Assembly (NCBI GenBank): GCA_963803805.1
Contig: CAWDOD010000007.1
Coordinates: 174,328-238,327, forward strand
Source: an uncultured cyanobacterium
Lineage (GTDB): Bacteria; Cyanobacteriota; Cyanobacteriia; Cyanobacteriales; CAWCAG01
DNA length: 64,000 nt
Direction of reading: 5' to 3'
This document shows positions 29,210 to 38,122 of this stretch, one piece after another (within the stretch, counting starts at the first letter, position 1; each line of letters starts with the position of its first letter). Both the position numbers and the translations under genes were made by a program. A model generated the notes under the pieces. That model saw only the letters and a program-made list of their open reading frames with translations. It was not told the DNA's origin and ran no database searches.

Positions 29210-29290
29210 GTAGGGGCGACCCGCCTACGTTATTTTTGTACCCTACAACCGATAAAATTGGGTCGCCCTTTCGGGGTTTATGGTTGGGGC
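29210..29290. repeat. Truncated REPIN-like copy
   Basis: GTAGGGGCGACCCGCCTACGTTATTTTTGTACC...TTGGGTCGCCCTTTCGGGGTTTATGG matches the 5' half of the 142-bp element. Confidence 0.8.
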
Positions 29291-29296
29291 TGAAAT

Positions 29297-32200
29297 TTAA
29301 ACTCCAGGAACACGGATATAGCGATCAGGATTACTCGCTGTGTAATCAACAATTCGGTGTAGTGTACCTGCCCCACCACCATCAAAATTAGTGTTGTAGT
29401 GTGATTCTGAAAGAACAACTCGTTTGACTCCATTTTGGTAGTAAGTTTTCTCAACTACAGCTACATGATTTTGACCATTCCTTGTCCATTGTGCAATATC
29501 ACCTGGTTGAGGATCGCTAACGATATACGCTCCATTGGATAGCTGATAGTGCCATTGGTTTGCATTGCCTGACATTGAGTTTAAAGCGGCAGGATTACCT
29601 CCTAATTCTTTCACGCGCCCGTGCGCGTACCAAGTACAATTACCTTCAGTTCTACTGTATCCATCAACTAAATTTGAGCCATAACTTGCCTGGGAAAAAA
29701 TATTTCCTGTTGTGTAAAACTGAGGACGAGCTTTGAAATAGTTTACTCCTTGCTGAGTAAGTAGAGGTGTTTTAACAGTACCTCCGCCTCCACCTCCACT
29801 ATCTCCGCTACCTTCACTTATATAATAAGCAGCAACATAACCCACCTGACCATTAGCTTCAATCTCATACCAATCAGTCCGATTACCTGGATAATAAGCA
29901 CCACCAGAAACTTGCTTGCGAATTGTCACCGCAGTTCCTTTAGGTAACTTGCCAATAATAGTAGAACCACTAACAGAAGGTTTGTTGCGGAAATTGAGAG
30001 AAACATTACCTACATTAGCATTAACATGACCTTTCTTCGTAGTATTGCCAGGATCGGAACTGCCACCGGGTTGAATAGGAGGCTTAGAATTGGGATAGCC
30101 GAAAATGTAAGCACTGGGAACCCAATAAGCTTTACCATCACGCCAGTAACGATACCAGAGAGCATCAGGCTTATCAGTCCAAATATCATTAACAGACTCC
30201 CCGTAAGTCCAGCCATCGAAATGCAAAGTCTTTTTGTAAGGTTCAGCTAAACCACTGCGGTCTTCATGCTTAGGGCTATTACGCAAAGCTACGCCAATAC
30301 TAGGCCCTACCCAACCGGAGAAATTCTCCGCACGAAAATCAGTTGGTTGAGAAACAATATCGACATAGTAGGCAGCGACAAAACCTTGCTGCCCATCTAC
30401 CTCGACTTTGTACCACTCATCACTTAAACCATTCTCGTAACTTTTTCCTTTGACAGACTCCAAAACCTTCAAAGTTTTTCCTTTAGGAAGCTGGCCAATC
30501 AGATTATCTCCTCTTACTTCAGGAGAAGTTCGGAAATTGAGAGGGTCATTTCCTACTTTAGAATTAACCACACCAGATTTAGGTGGTGCAGGCTGAGGTT
30601 GAGGCTTGGGACTAGGGGGAGGGTTGGAACCAGTTGCGCTACCTGTGAAGAATTTCTCAATGCCACGGGCAATAGCATGACCCGCTTTTTCTACATTGCC
30701 ACGGCTCATCCCTGGTGCATCAATAAACAAAGATTCTGTGAGAACGGCAGGAACCCCTAAAGGAGCATTGCGTAATACAGATAAATCTTTTGTTTTTACT
30801 CCCCGATTAGGAATCTCGTTATCAGGAAAGACAGCATCTAGTTCACTGTTGACAGCTTTAGCTAGTTCAGAATCAGCACTGGGTGCATTGGGATGAGAAT
30901 AAACTTCGTGGCCTTGGGCATCCTTGTTAAAGGCATTGAGATGCAAAGAAACAAACAGATCGTATCCAGCAGCCCGTTGACCAATCTGTGCTAAGGATAT
31001 AGCTTCATCAAGGATTTTTACCTCTGCACCGAGTTGGCGTAGGTGTTCAGCAACAATTTTTGCTTGGTGTAAGTTTTCTGTTGCTTCATTTGTACCATTA
31101 CCACCAGCACCAGGATCGAACCCTGTATCAGTAATACCATGGCCTGGATCGAGGATAATCTTTTTACCAGCGAGGGTATTAGTATTTGGAACTGGAAAGT
31201 TTTGGAAAACAGCACGTTCCCAAGGAGTAGTTGGTTCTTTCCCGATAGGAGGAGTTTGCTGCAATTTGGGGTTGTATACTTCTGGGTCAACGGTTCTTGC
31301 CAAACTAACTGCCGCAGCAATGTTTAGCAATCCTGCCCCTGTTTCTAAATCTTCTCCTAACTCGTTTATATCTGCTGCTGTAGATTTGAGGATGTCAATT
31401 ACTTGGCGATAATTCAAATTAGGGTTCGCAGCCCAAACTTGAGAGGCAGCCCCCGTTACCTTCGCGGTAGCAACAGAAGTACCAGCCATTGTCCCTACAC
31501 CATTACCAACAGTAGATACGACTGGAGTTTCTAAGTTGCCACCATTAGCAACAATGTCCAACCCTTCGCCATGATTTGAATATTCAGCCCGATCAAAGCC
31601 TTGCCAAACAGAAGTTTCACCACTAATTTGTTCTGCTGAACCTACGGTAATAACGTTATCAAAATGCTGAGAAGCTTGTCCCAAAGCTGACATAACTTCA
31701 CCCTCATTTCCTGCGGCAACGGCAACGAGAACATTGTTTTGACGGGCATATTCTAAAGCTGCCATTTCTGAGGGGGTAAACTCATAACGGGTGGTTTCTA
31801 CACCATCAATATCAATTTGAGTTAAATCAAAGCTTAGATTTGCGATTCCATTAGGTTGCCCCGACTCCCTAGCTGCATCTACAAACTCCATTAAAGATTC
31901 CGCCCATTCACCTGAACCAACAGCCCTTCCTAACCAAAGGGGTGCATCATCATTGATACCATCAATCCCAATATCATTATCATTCTGGGCTGCGACAATA
32001 CCTAAAACATGAGTACCATGTTCATTGCCTTCTCCTGGGGTTAGCAAAGGGTTAGCATCGTTGGCAATCTTATCTGTTCCTAAACTAATTTTTTCATAGT
32101 CTAAGTCAGGATTATCACCACTAAATCCAGTATCAATAAAGCCAATCAGAGGTTGGTCTTCAACAGGGAAATTATAATCGGTAACAGGAGGATCTACTTG

Positions 32201-33097
32201 AGGGTTAGCATATTCTAAAATAGCTTCCCCTAAATCGCTGTCTCGCCACTCTTTCCCCTCTTCAATGACATTATCTAGTAATTCAGCTTCTCCGGTTGCC
32301 CCACGTACTTGGAAAATTAAATCGTTGTAATCCCTATCAGAGTTATCATCAACCCGCCAGTCTTCCATCACAAAGGTGTTGCCATCCCCCGTTACATCAG
32401 CAATTTGTCCTAAATGGAAAGCATCATCAGGGTTGGCTGTAGCCACAGAGAAAAGAGGACGCAAATTACCTTTGTCAGGATTATCGAGAAACTCTTCTAC
32501 AGTGCCGTTAGGAATAAGCATAAAACCGAAGCGATCGCCCGGCTTCATTTTTACAGGATCTCCTTGTTGATAAATACCAGAGTTACGATCAGCTTCTCCT
32601 AATTCCCCGGAAAATTTTGCCCCTTCAGTAGCATCAGAAATAACAACATGACCTAATTCAGAATCACTCAAAGCTCGGTTAGCAGCTTCAAAACTAAAGT
32701 CTTCCGACTCTGGGTTCAACCCTTCTAAACTAAAGATGGCTAACTCTCCTTCGTAACCACCACCATCAAAGAGGAAGTCAACGGTTACTTCCCCAGTGTC
32801 CCCAACAGTAAAAACCCCTGAGTCGAAGTTGGGGGAAGAGATATCAGCTATTTCAGCTATTTGATCTGTTTCGAGTTCATCAAAGAAGCTAATCGGCTCT
32901 AATTCTTCATCGCTAAAGTCTTGGTCTATTTCTGCTAAAGGATCAATATCTTCTGGTAGATCAACGTCGAAGAGGGCTAAGTCAACCCCGTCATCACCGC
33001 CATCTAATAGCCCACTGGGGGTAAGAATTGGTTCTAAAATAAAGGCTTGAATTTTGGATTTGCCAGAACGAGAAGAGTTATTTTCAGGTAGTGCCAT
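29297..33097 (-). CDS. Multidomain secreted hydrolase: DUF4114-like, S8 subtilase, Amidase_3, SH3-like x3, CHAP
   Basis: FVMEDWR..SDRDYNDLIFQV (DUF4114-like); S8 triad IDTG / EHGTHV / GTSVA; amidase DPGHG, SLHLNA, LTESLF; SH3b-like LNFR..P....WY; CHAP GNCTWY and HVAVVE. Confidence 0.85.
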   Translation of the reverse strand: MALPENNSSRSGKSKIQAFILEPILTPSGLLDGGDDGVDLALFDVDLPEDIDPLAEIDQDFSDEELEPISFFDELETDQIAEIADISSPNFDSGVFTVGDTGEVTVDFLFDGGGYEGELAIFSLEGLNPESEDFSFEAANRALSDSELGHVVISDATEGAKFSGELGEADRNSGIYQQGDPVKMKPGDRFGFMLIPNGTVEEFLDNPDKGNLRPLFSVATANPDDAFHLGQIADVTGDGNTFVMEDWRVDDNSDRDYNDLIFQVRGATGEAELLDNVIEEGKEWRDSDLGEAILEYANPQVDPPVTDYNFPVEDQPLIGFIDTGFSGDNPDLDYEKISLGTDKIANDANPLLTPGEGNEHGTHVLGIVAAQNDNDIGIDGINDDAPLWLGRAVGSGEWAESLMEFVDAARESGQPNGIANLSFDLTQIDIDGVETTRYEFTPSEMAALEYARQNNVLVAVAAGNEGEVMSALGQASQHFDNVITVGSAEQISGETSVWQGFDRAEYSNHGEGLDIVANGGNLETPVVSTVGNGVGTMAGTSVATAKVTGAASQVWAANPNLNYRQVIDILKSTAADINELGEDLETGAGLLNIAAAVSLARTVDPEVYNPKLQQTPPIGKEPTTPWERAVFQNFPVPNTNTLAGKKIILDPGHGITDTGFDPGAGGNGTNEATENLHQAKIVAEHLRQLGAEVKILDEAISLAQIGQRAAGYDLFVSLHLNAFNKDAQGHEVYSHPNAPSADSELAKAVNSELDAVFPDNEIPNRGVKTKDLSVLRNAPLGVPAVLTESLFIDAPGMSRGNVEKAGHAIARGIEKFFTGSATGSNPPPSPKPQPQPAPPKSGVVNSKVGNDPLNFRTSPEVRGDNLIGQLPKGKTLKVLESVKGKSYENGLSDEWYKVEVDGQQGFVAAYYVDIVSQPTDFRAENFSGWVGPSIGVALRNSPKHEDRSGLAEPYKKTLHFDGWTYGESVNDIWTDKPDALWYRYWRDGKAYWVPSAYIFGYPNSKPPIQPGGSSDPGNTTKKGHVNANVGNVSLNFRNKPSVSGSTIIGKLPKGTAVTIRKQVSGGAYYPGNRTDWYEIEANGQVGYVAAYYISEGSGDSGGGGGGTVKTPLLTQQGVNYFKARPQFYTTGNIFSQASYGSNLVDGYSRTEGNCTWYAHGRVKELGGNPAALNSMSGNANQWHYQLSNGAYIVSDPQPGDIAQWTRNGQNHVAVVEKTYYQNGVKRVVLSESHYNTNFDGGGAGTLHRIVDYTASNPDRYIRVPGV

Positions 33098-33344
33098 TTT
33101 AATTATCTGGTAAGAAAAATCAAATTTGCTGTCTTACCTTCTTCTCAGGGTGATAAACCACTATTTATGCACTGAGATACATTTCTTTACAATCAGAGCC
33201 TTTAACCCATAACTTCAGTAAAAGTATAGTTTTGTAACAAAATCGGTAATTGTGCATAAAAGACTAGGGGTCAGACCTGAGAACAAATAGAAGGCTCAAC
33301 TAATTCCATAACTAACCATCTGTTTTCTCTTGCCATAACCAACC

Positions 33345-34538
33345 ATGTTCAAACAAAAACCAGGGCAGCACTTTTTCTTACTTTTCCCCAACATCTTCAA
33401 CTTCAAAGGGGGTATACAAGTTTACTCTCGCTTTCTTTTAGAAACTCTCCAGGATTTATATCCTGAAGCTAGTTATGAAGTTTTTCTGAAATACGACAGT
33501 AAATTCCCTCAAAACCATTCCTTTCTGCCGCAAACTAACTTTCACTGCTTAGGTAAATTTCCTCGTTGGTGGCAAAGTTTCTTTTTATTACTACAAACAG
33601 TTATTCTTGGTACTTTACAACGCCCAACCTTAGTTATTGCCACCCACATTAACTATGGAATAGCCTGTTATTGCCTGAAAAAATTAACTGGCACTCCCTA
33701 TTGGGTTGTCATTCATGGTTTGGAGGGGTGGAACATAGAAAATCCTCTGTTGCAAAGGGTTTTACAATCTACTGATAAAACCATTGCGGTAAGTGAGTAT
33801 ACCAGGAAACGTTTGCTTAAAGAACAACCGCTTTCCCCCCAACAAGTAGCTATTTTACCAAACACCTTCGATCCTACACAATTTCGCCCTCAACCAAAAC
33901 CAGCTTACCTGCAACGGCGTTATGGTTTAACCCCAGATCAACCTGTAATTCTGACGGTAACTCGCTTAGGGACTTCAGCAACCTACAAAGGTTACGAACA
34001 AGTACTTCAGGCTTTAGTTAAGCTACGTCAACAAATCCCCAACTTACATTACCTTTTAGGTGGAAAAGGGGATGATCTTCCCCGAATACACAGTTTAGTA
34101 CAGCGACTCGATTTAACTGACTGTGTAACTTTGACAGGATTTATTCCTGATGAAGAATTATGTGACCATTACAATCTTTGTGATGTCTTTGCTTTACCTA
34201 GTCGAGGTGAAGGTTTTGGCATTGTCTATTTAGAAGCCCTTGCCTGTGGTAAGCCCGTATTAGCAGGGTGCGGGGATGGGGCAGTAGATCCTTTAGGGCA
34301 AGGAGAATTAGGTTGTTTGGTGAACCCAAATGATGTTGCAGAAATTGCGGCTAAACTCCAAGAAATTTTAGAAAAAACTTACCCTAATACTTTGCTATTT
34401 TCTCCCCATCTACTCCGGGAAAAAACTATCAGACGTTATGGTGTAGCTCAATTTTGTCATACCTTAGCTAATTTGGCTGACTTTGAGACATCGGTAGCAA
34501 ATCCCCGTCCCTACCCATCATTGATAACTGGTAACTAA
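33345..34538 (+). CDS. GT4 (family 1-type, GT-B) glycosyltransferase
   Basis: KGGIQVY, ILTVTRL...YKGYEQV, FALPSRGEGFGIVYLEALACGKPV. Confidence 0.92.
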   Translation: MFKQKPGQHFFLLFPNIFNFKGGIQVYSRFLLETLQDLYPEASYEVFLKYDSKFPQNHSFLPQTNFHCLGKFPRWWQSFFLLLQTVILGTLQRPTLVIATHINYGIACYCLKKLTGTPYWVVIHGLEGWNIENPLLQRVLQSTDKTIAVSEYTRKRLLKEQPLSPQQVAILPNTFDPTQFRPQPKPAYLQRRYGLTPDQPVILTVTRLGTSATYKGYEQVLQALVKLRQQIPNLHYLLGGKGDDLPRIHSLVQRLDLTDCVTLTGFIPDEELCDHYNLCDVFALPSRGEGFGIVYLEALACGKPVLAGCGDGAVDPLGQGELGCLVNPNDVAEIAAKLQEILEKTYPNTLLFSPHLLREKTIRRYGVAQFCHTLANLADFETSVANPRPYPSLITGN

Positions 34539-34539
34539 A

Positions 34540-35973
34540 ATGGCTGATTATAGTAACTGGATTTGCCCTGATATTAGACCCTACTGGAAACTAGTGAGGG
34601 AAAAGAATTCTCAGCAATTAGTCCTTGCTGCAATTCAGGGGGAAGCTAAACATTTTCTCTCTGCAACTGAAGCCTATGCTTTACGATACTTTGTCGGCAA
34701 ACTTACTGTAGTCCAAGTACAAAAGAACTGCAACAAGAGGCTGCAAACTGCTGCTTCCCCTAACTTGGTAACAGAATTAATAGCAAAACTGATTAAGCTT
34801 GAGGTTATTTCCTTGGAAAGTGATTCGGAGTTGGCAAAGCCTCAAAGTCCCCAATCACATCAACTTAAACCCTGTTTACAATGGGTTAAACCTGCCCCAG
34901 AATATTGGATTTTGCGTAACCCGGAAGATGTTACCTTTCTCCAGTTTGATAACCGTAGTAAGGAAGCGGTTGAACAAATTGGGCAAATACCTCCCCAGGA
35001 GATTGTTCATCGGTTTGACATCACTCCCCAAGAGTTACAATACCTGCTGCAAATACTGGCAGCAACGGGGATGTTAGCTGGAACCCATCCTGGTAAACCG
35101 AAAAAAGGTAAGTTTCATCCTATGCAACTACTATTTTTTAAGCTTAAACTCTTCAATCCCGATCCTTGGTTGACTAATGGGGTTAAATACTTGCAGTGGA
35201 TTTGGACTTCCGCTTTCAGTTTCATACTTTGCATTTTCTTAGGATTATCAGGGGCAGTAGGATTTAATCAACGGCGGGAAATTCTCCACCAAGGGCAGGA
35301 ATTGTGGTTAAGATCAGGAACTTCCTTGCTCTTCTGGTTTGCAGTTCTTTCTTTAACAGTGGTAGCTTTGCATGAACTTGGCCACGCTTTTACCCTTAAG
35401 CATTATGGGGGCATTGTTCCGGAAGTTGGCTTACTCTTCATGTGCCTCTTTCCTGCTGCCTATACCAACACCAGTGATTCCTACTGCTTGCCTAAATTTA
35501 AGCGTGTTTTAGTTGTGGGGGCGGGGATAATTGTACAAGTTACTTTAGCTGCGGTGGGTTTGTTATTCTGGCACATTTCCCTTCCTGGAACCTGGTTGCA
35601 TACTGGTAGCTTTCTCCTTATGGCTGGGGCTTTATTCACTGTCACCATTAATCTTAATCCTTTAGCTAAGTTCGACGGCTATTACCTCGCCGTTGCAGCT
35701 ACAGGCATCAACAACCTCCGCAGCCGTGCCTTTGGTTTGTATGGTAACTTGCTCCGGTTGCAACCGATACAAGAAACCTGGCGCGATCGCCTGATTTTAG
35801 CAGTCTATGCCCCTTTTAGTCTTGTTTATATTTGGTTTGTGTTCGGTTTCCTTTTTTATCGCTTAGGAGACTGGATTTTAAGCAATGTACCCATGACAGC
35901 CCTGATTTTGCTAATTATCTGGGCAATTTATTTTTACTTTCCTCGCTCCTCCACTGCAAAATCAGAGAGCTAG
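34540..35973 (+). CDS. M50 (site-2 protease fold) membrane protein with two N-terminal PqqD/RRE-like domains
   Basis: HELGH at 35371-35385, NLNPLAKFDG, multiple TM helices. Two repeats of about 75 aa with a beta-beta-beta/helix-helix-helix pattern ending LIKLEVI and LAATGML. Confidence 0.8.
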   Translation: MADYSNWICPDIRPYWKLVREKNSQQLVLAAIQGEAKHFLSATEAYALRYFVGKLTVVQVQKNCNKRLQTAASPNLVTELIAKLIKLEVISLESDSELAKPQSPQSHQLKPCLQWVKPAPEYWILRNPEDVTFLQFDNRSKEAVEQIGQIPPQEIVHRFDITPQELQYLLQILAATGMLAGTHPGKPKKGKFHPMQLLFFKLKLFNPDPWLTNGVKYLQWIWTSAFSFILCIFLGLSGAVGFNQRREILHQGQELWLRSGTSLLFWFAVLSLTVVALHELGHAFTLKHYGGIVPEVGLLFMCLFPAAYTNTSDSYCLPKFKRVLVVGAGIIVQVTLAAVGLLFWHISLPGTWLHTGSFLLMAGALFTVTINLNPLAKFDGYYLAVAATGINNLRSRAFGLYGNLLRLQPIQETWRDRLILAVYAPFSLVYIWFVFGFLFYRLGDWILSNVPMTALILLIIWAIYFYFPRSSTAKSES

Positions 35974-35982
35974 AAACAGGTA

Positions 35983-36003
35983 TTACCTATTACCCATTAC
36001 CTA
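35983..36003. repeat. STRR-type heptamer array (TTACCTA x3, one variant)
   Basis: TTACCTA TTACCCA TTACCTA immediately before the HlyD start codon. Confidence 0.7.
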
Positions 36004-36005
36004 TC

Positions 36006-37568
36006 ATGAATAACCCAAACTTGCCTCAAAACACACCAAAGTTTCGTGTTGTCCCCTCTAAAACGACCAAAAAACCACAACCCCAAACTCCTCCTCCAGA
36101 ACCTCAAGATAAACAAGTTGCAGAAGCAGTTAATTCTAATCAGGGTAGGAAAAAATTAGTTATTCTAGGGGGCATCTGCTTGGGATTAGGAATTCTTGCT
36201 TTGATTCCCATACCTAATTATGTTACTGGCAAAGCGGAAATAACCTCCCGTGTTAATGCCCGACAACGCTTGACAATGCCCGTTGATGGCATTGTGGAAA
36301 TTAAGGTAGAAAGTAACGAAGAAGTGCAAAAAGGAGATGTTATTGCTACAATTGATAGTCCTGAATTAGATAAAGAAATTGCCCAAGCAAACCGTTCCCT
36401 CAAGGAAGCTAAAGGGGAACTAACGGCAGCTAAAAATCAATTAAGTTTGAGTAAAAGCCGCTTAAATCTCGCCCAGCAAGAAGAAGCGATCGCAACTTCT
36501 CAAGTAACTAGGGAACATCGACAGTATGGTGATGCCCCTAAGTTACGTCAATTTGATTATGAACAAGCCGGCATACAGGAGGAGATTACAGGGGTACAGA
36601 GTGAGATAGTTGGTATTAACAGTCAAGTTGTTGCTACTAAAAATAAAATTGTCGGATTGCAAGGAGAAATTGCCGGTTTAACCCAACAGCTAAGTAATGT
36701 AGAAGAACGTATCCAAGCGAGAGAATATGTGTCAACTCAAGGAGGCTTAGCAAGATTAGATCAAGAAACGGCAGCTTTGAAGATACAAAGAACTGAGTTA
36801 AATAACGATATCAGCCAAAAACGCCACCAAATCATCAACCATGAACAAGAAATTGTCCAAATTCAAAGTCAAATTAAACAACGGCAAAGTGTAATTGCTA
36901 GCAAGTCCAAAGATATTAATTCCCTATCTGAACGAAGCAAGGATGTTAATCACGAATTGGGAGATGATTTGAATAGTTATGAAAATAGTTTAACTCTTAA
37001 AGCTGCTCAAAGAGACACTGCAACCAAAGATTTTGAGGCAACAGTAGCCCAGGTGAATAGTAAAACTCAGTTGGTAGAACAGTGGGAAGATGAGGTGGCA
37101 AGGTTAGAGGCACAAAAGAATAATTTGACCTTAATTGCCGAAACTCCAGGGACTGTAATTACCCAAGAGATAGACTTAACCAGTAATAGTAGCCTCCAAG
37201 CAGGGGAAGATATTTTAGAAATAGCAGATTTGAAGCTTTTAGAGGCTAAGGTTGCAGTACGTCAAGAAGATCATAACTTGGTTCAGGAAACCCAAACTGT
37301 TACCTTCCAACCCAAAGATGCTAAGAGTTCCCGTTACAAAGCTAAAGTGCAGGAGAAAGATTCTATCATCATCGTCGAAAATCCTGGAGAGAGTCCCAAG
37401 TTAGGAGTAAGAATCTTGATTGAGAATGATAATAAGTTACTGTTACCAGGGGGTGAAGGTTATGCCCATATTAAAACTGGCAAGATGCCTATTTATAAAA
37501 AAGTTAACCATGAGTTGAGTAAGTTAATTGATTTGGGTAAATATTTCCCTTGGTTAACTGGTGAATGA
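36006..37568 (+). CDS. HlyD-family membrane fusion (periplasmic adaptor) protein
   Basis: Single TM helix, lipoyl-like VQKGDVIATIDSPEL, long coiled coil, AETPGTVIT, GEDILEIAD, LLPGGEGYAHI. ATG at 36006 preferred. Confidence 0.88.
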   Translation: MNNPNLPQNTPKFRVVPSKTTKKPQPQTPPPEPQDKQVAEAVNSNQGRKKLVILGGICLGLGILALIPIPNYVTGKAEITSRVNARQRLTMPVDGIVEIKVESNEEVQKGDVIATIDSPELDKEIAQANRSLKEAKGELTAAKNQLSLSKSRLNLAQQEEAIATSQVTREHRQYGDAPKLRQFDYEQAGIQEEITGVQSEIVGINSQVVATKNKIVGLQGEIAGLTQQLSNVEERIQAREYVSTQGGLARLDQETAALKIQRTELNNDISQKRHQIINHEQEIVQIQSQIKQRQSVIASKSKDINSLSERSKDVNHELGDDLNSYENSLTLKAAQRDTATKDFEATVAQVNSKTQLVEQWEDEVARLEAQKNNLTLIAETPGTVITQEIDLTSNSSLQAGEDILEIADLKLLEAKVAVRQEDHNLVQETQTVTFQPKDAKSSRYKAKVQEKDSIIIVENPGESPKLGVRILIENDNKLLLPGGEGYAHIKTGKMPIYKKVNHELSKLIDLGKYFPWLTGE

Positions 37569-37588
37569 AGTTTTTCACTTTCCTTAAG

Positions 37589-38070
37589 CTGTTAATGATA
37601 TTAAACGAGCTGTTCGAGAACGAGCAAAATATCTCTTTTACTTAGCTATTAACGAATTTCTTGAATTTGACAACTATAAATTACGATCTGCTGGTAAAAA
37701 GTGGGAAGTTTACGAACTAGGTGCTTCTCAAATTGATTTGTCACATCCCTACGAAAATTCAGTTCAAATAACACACATTTTTATTGACGAACAAAATAAA
37801 AAGAGTTCAAAAACATTTGAATCTTTCCCCCGGACAGGAAAAATTTCCAGAATGTTTGCGGAAAATTCTATCAGGGCTAACAAACATAATCTCTGGCCTG
37901 GCTACTTTGCGAAATACTATGAGTGATTCTCATGTTATATCCTATAAACCATTAAACCATCAGAGCATCACGCAAGGTTAGCTTTTAATTCGGCTAAAAC
38001 ACTTTGTTACTTTCTATTTGAAACGAAAGAGTATCAAGTGCAGAAGAAAAACGTATCATCTAATAGCTAG
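37589..38070 (+). pseudogene. Degraded abortive-infection (Abi_C/AbiJ-like) gene
   Basis: Fragments across frames: INEFLEFDNYKL...HIFIDEQ, then LRKILSGLTNIISGLATLRNTMSDSH, then YKPSEHHARLAFNSAKTLCYFLFETKEY after removing an 8-bp duplication. Confidence 0.65.
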
Positions 38071-38122
38071 AAGTTTATGGAAAAGCTTGGTAAAATGAAT
38101 AATCACTCAAACAAAATTAGAA

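Noticed and set aside
28271-29290. Possible CRISPR array
   Set aside because: Repeats are 142-bp palindromic units around a transposase, without unique 30-40 bp spacers; no cas genes are present.
33224-33238. NtcA-like GTA...AAC site between the cargo and GT genes
   Set aside because: Spacing and right half do not fit GTA-N8-TAC.
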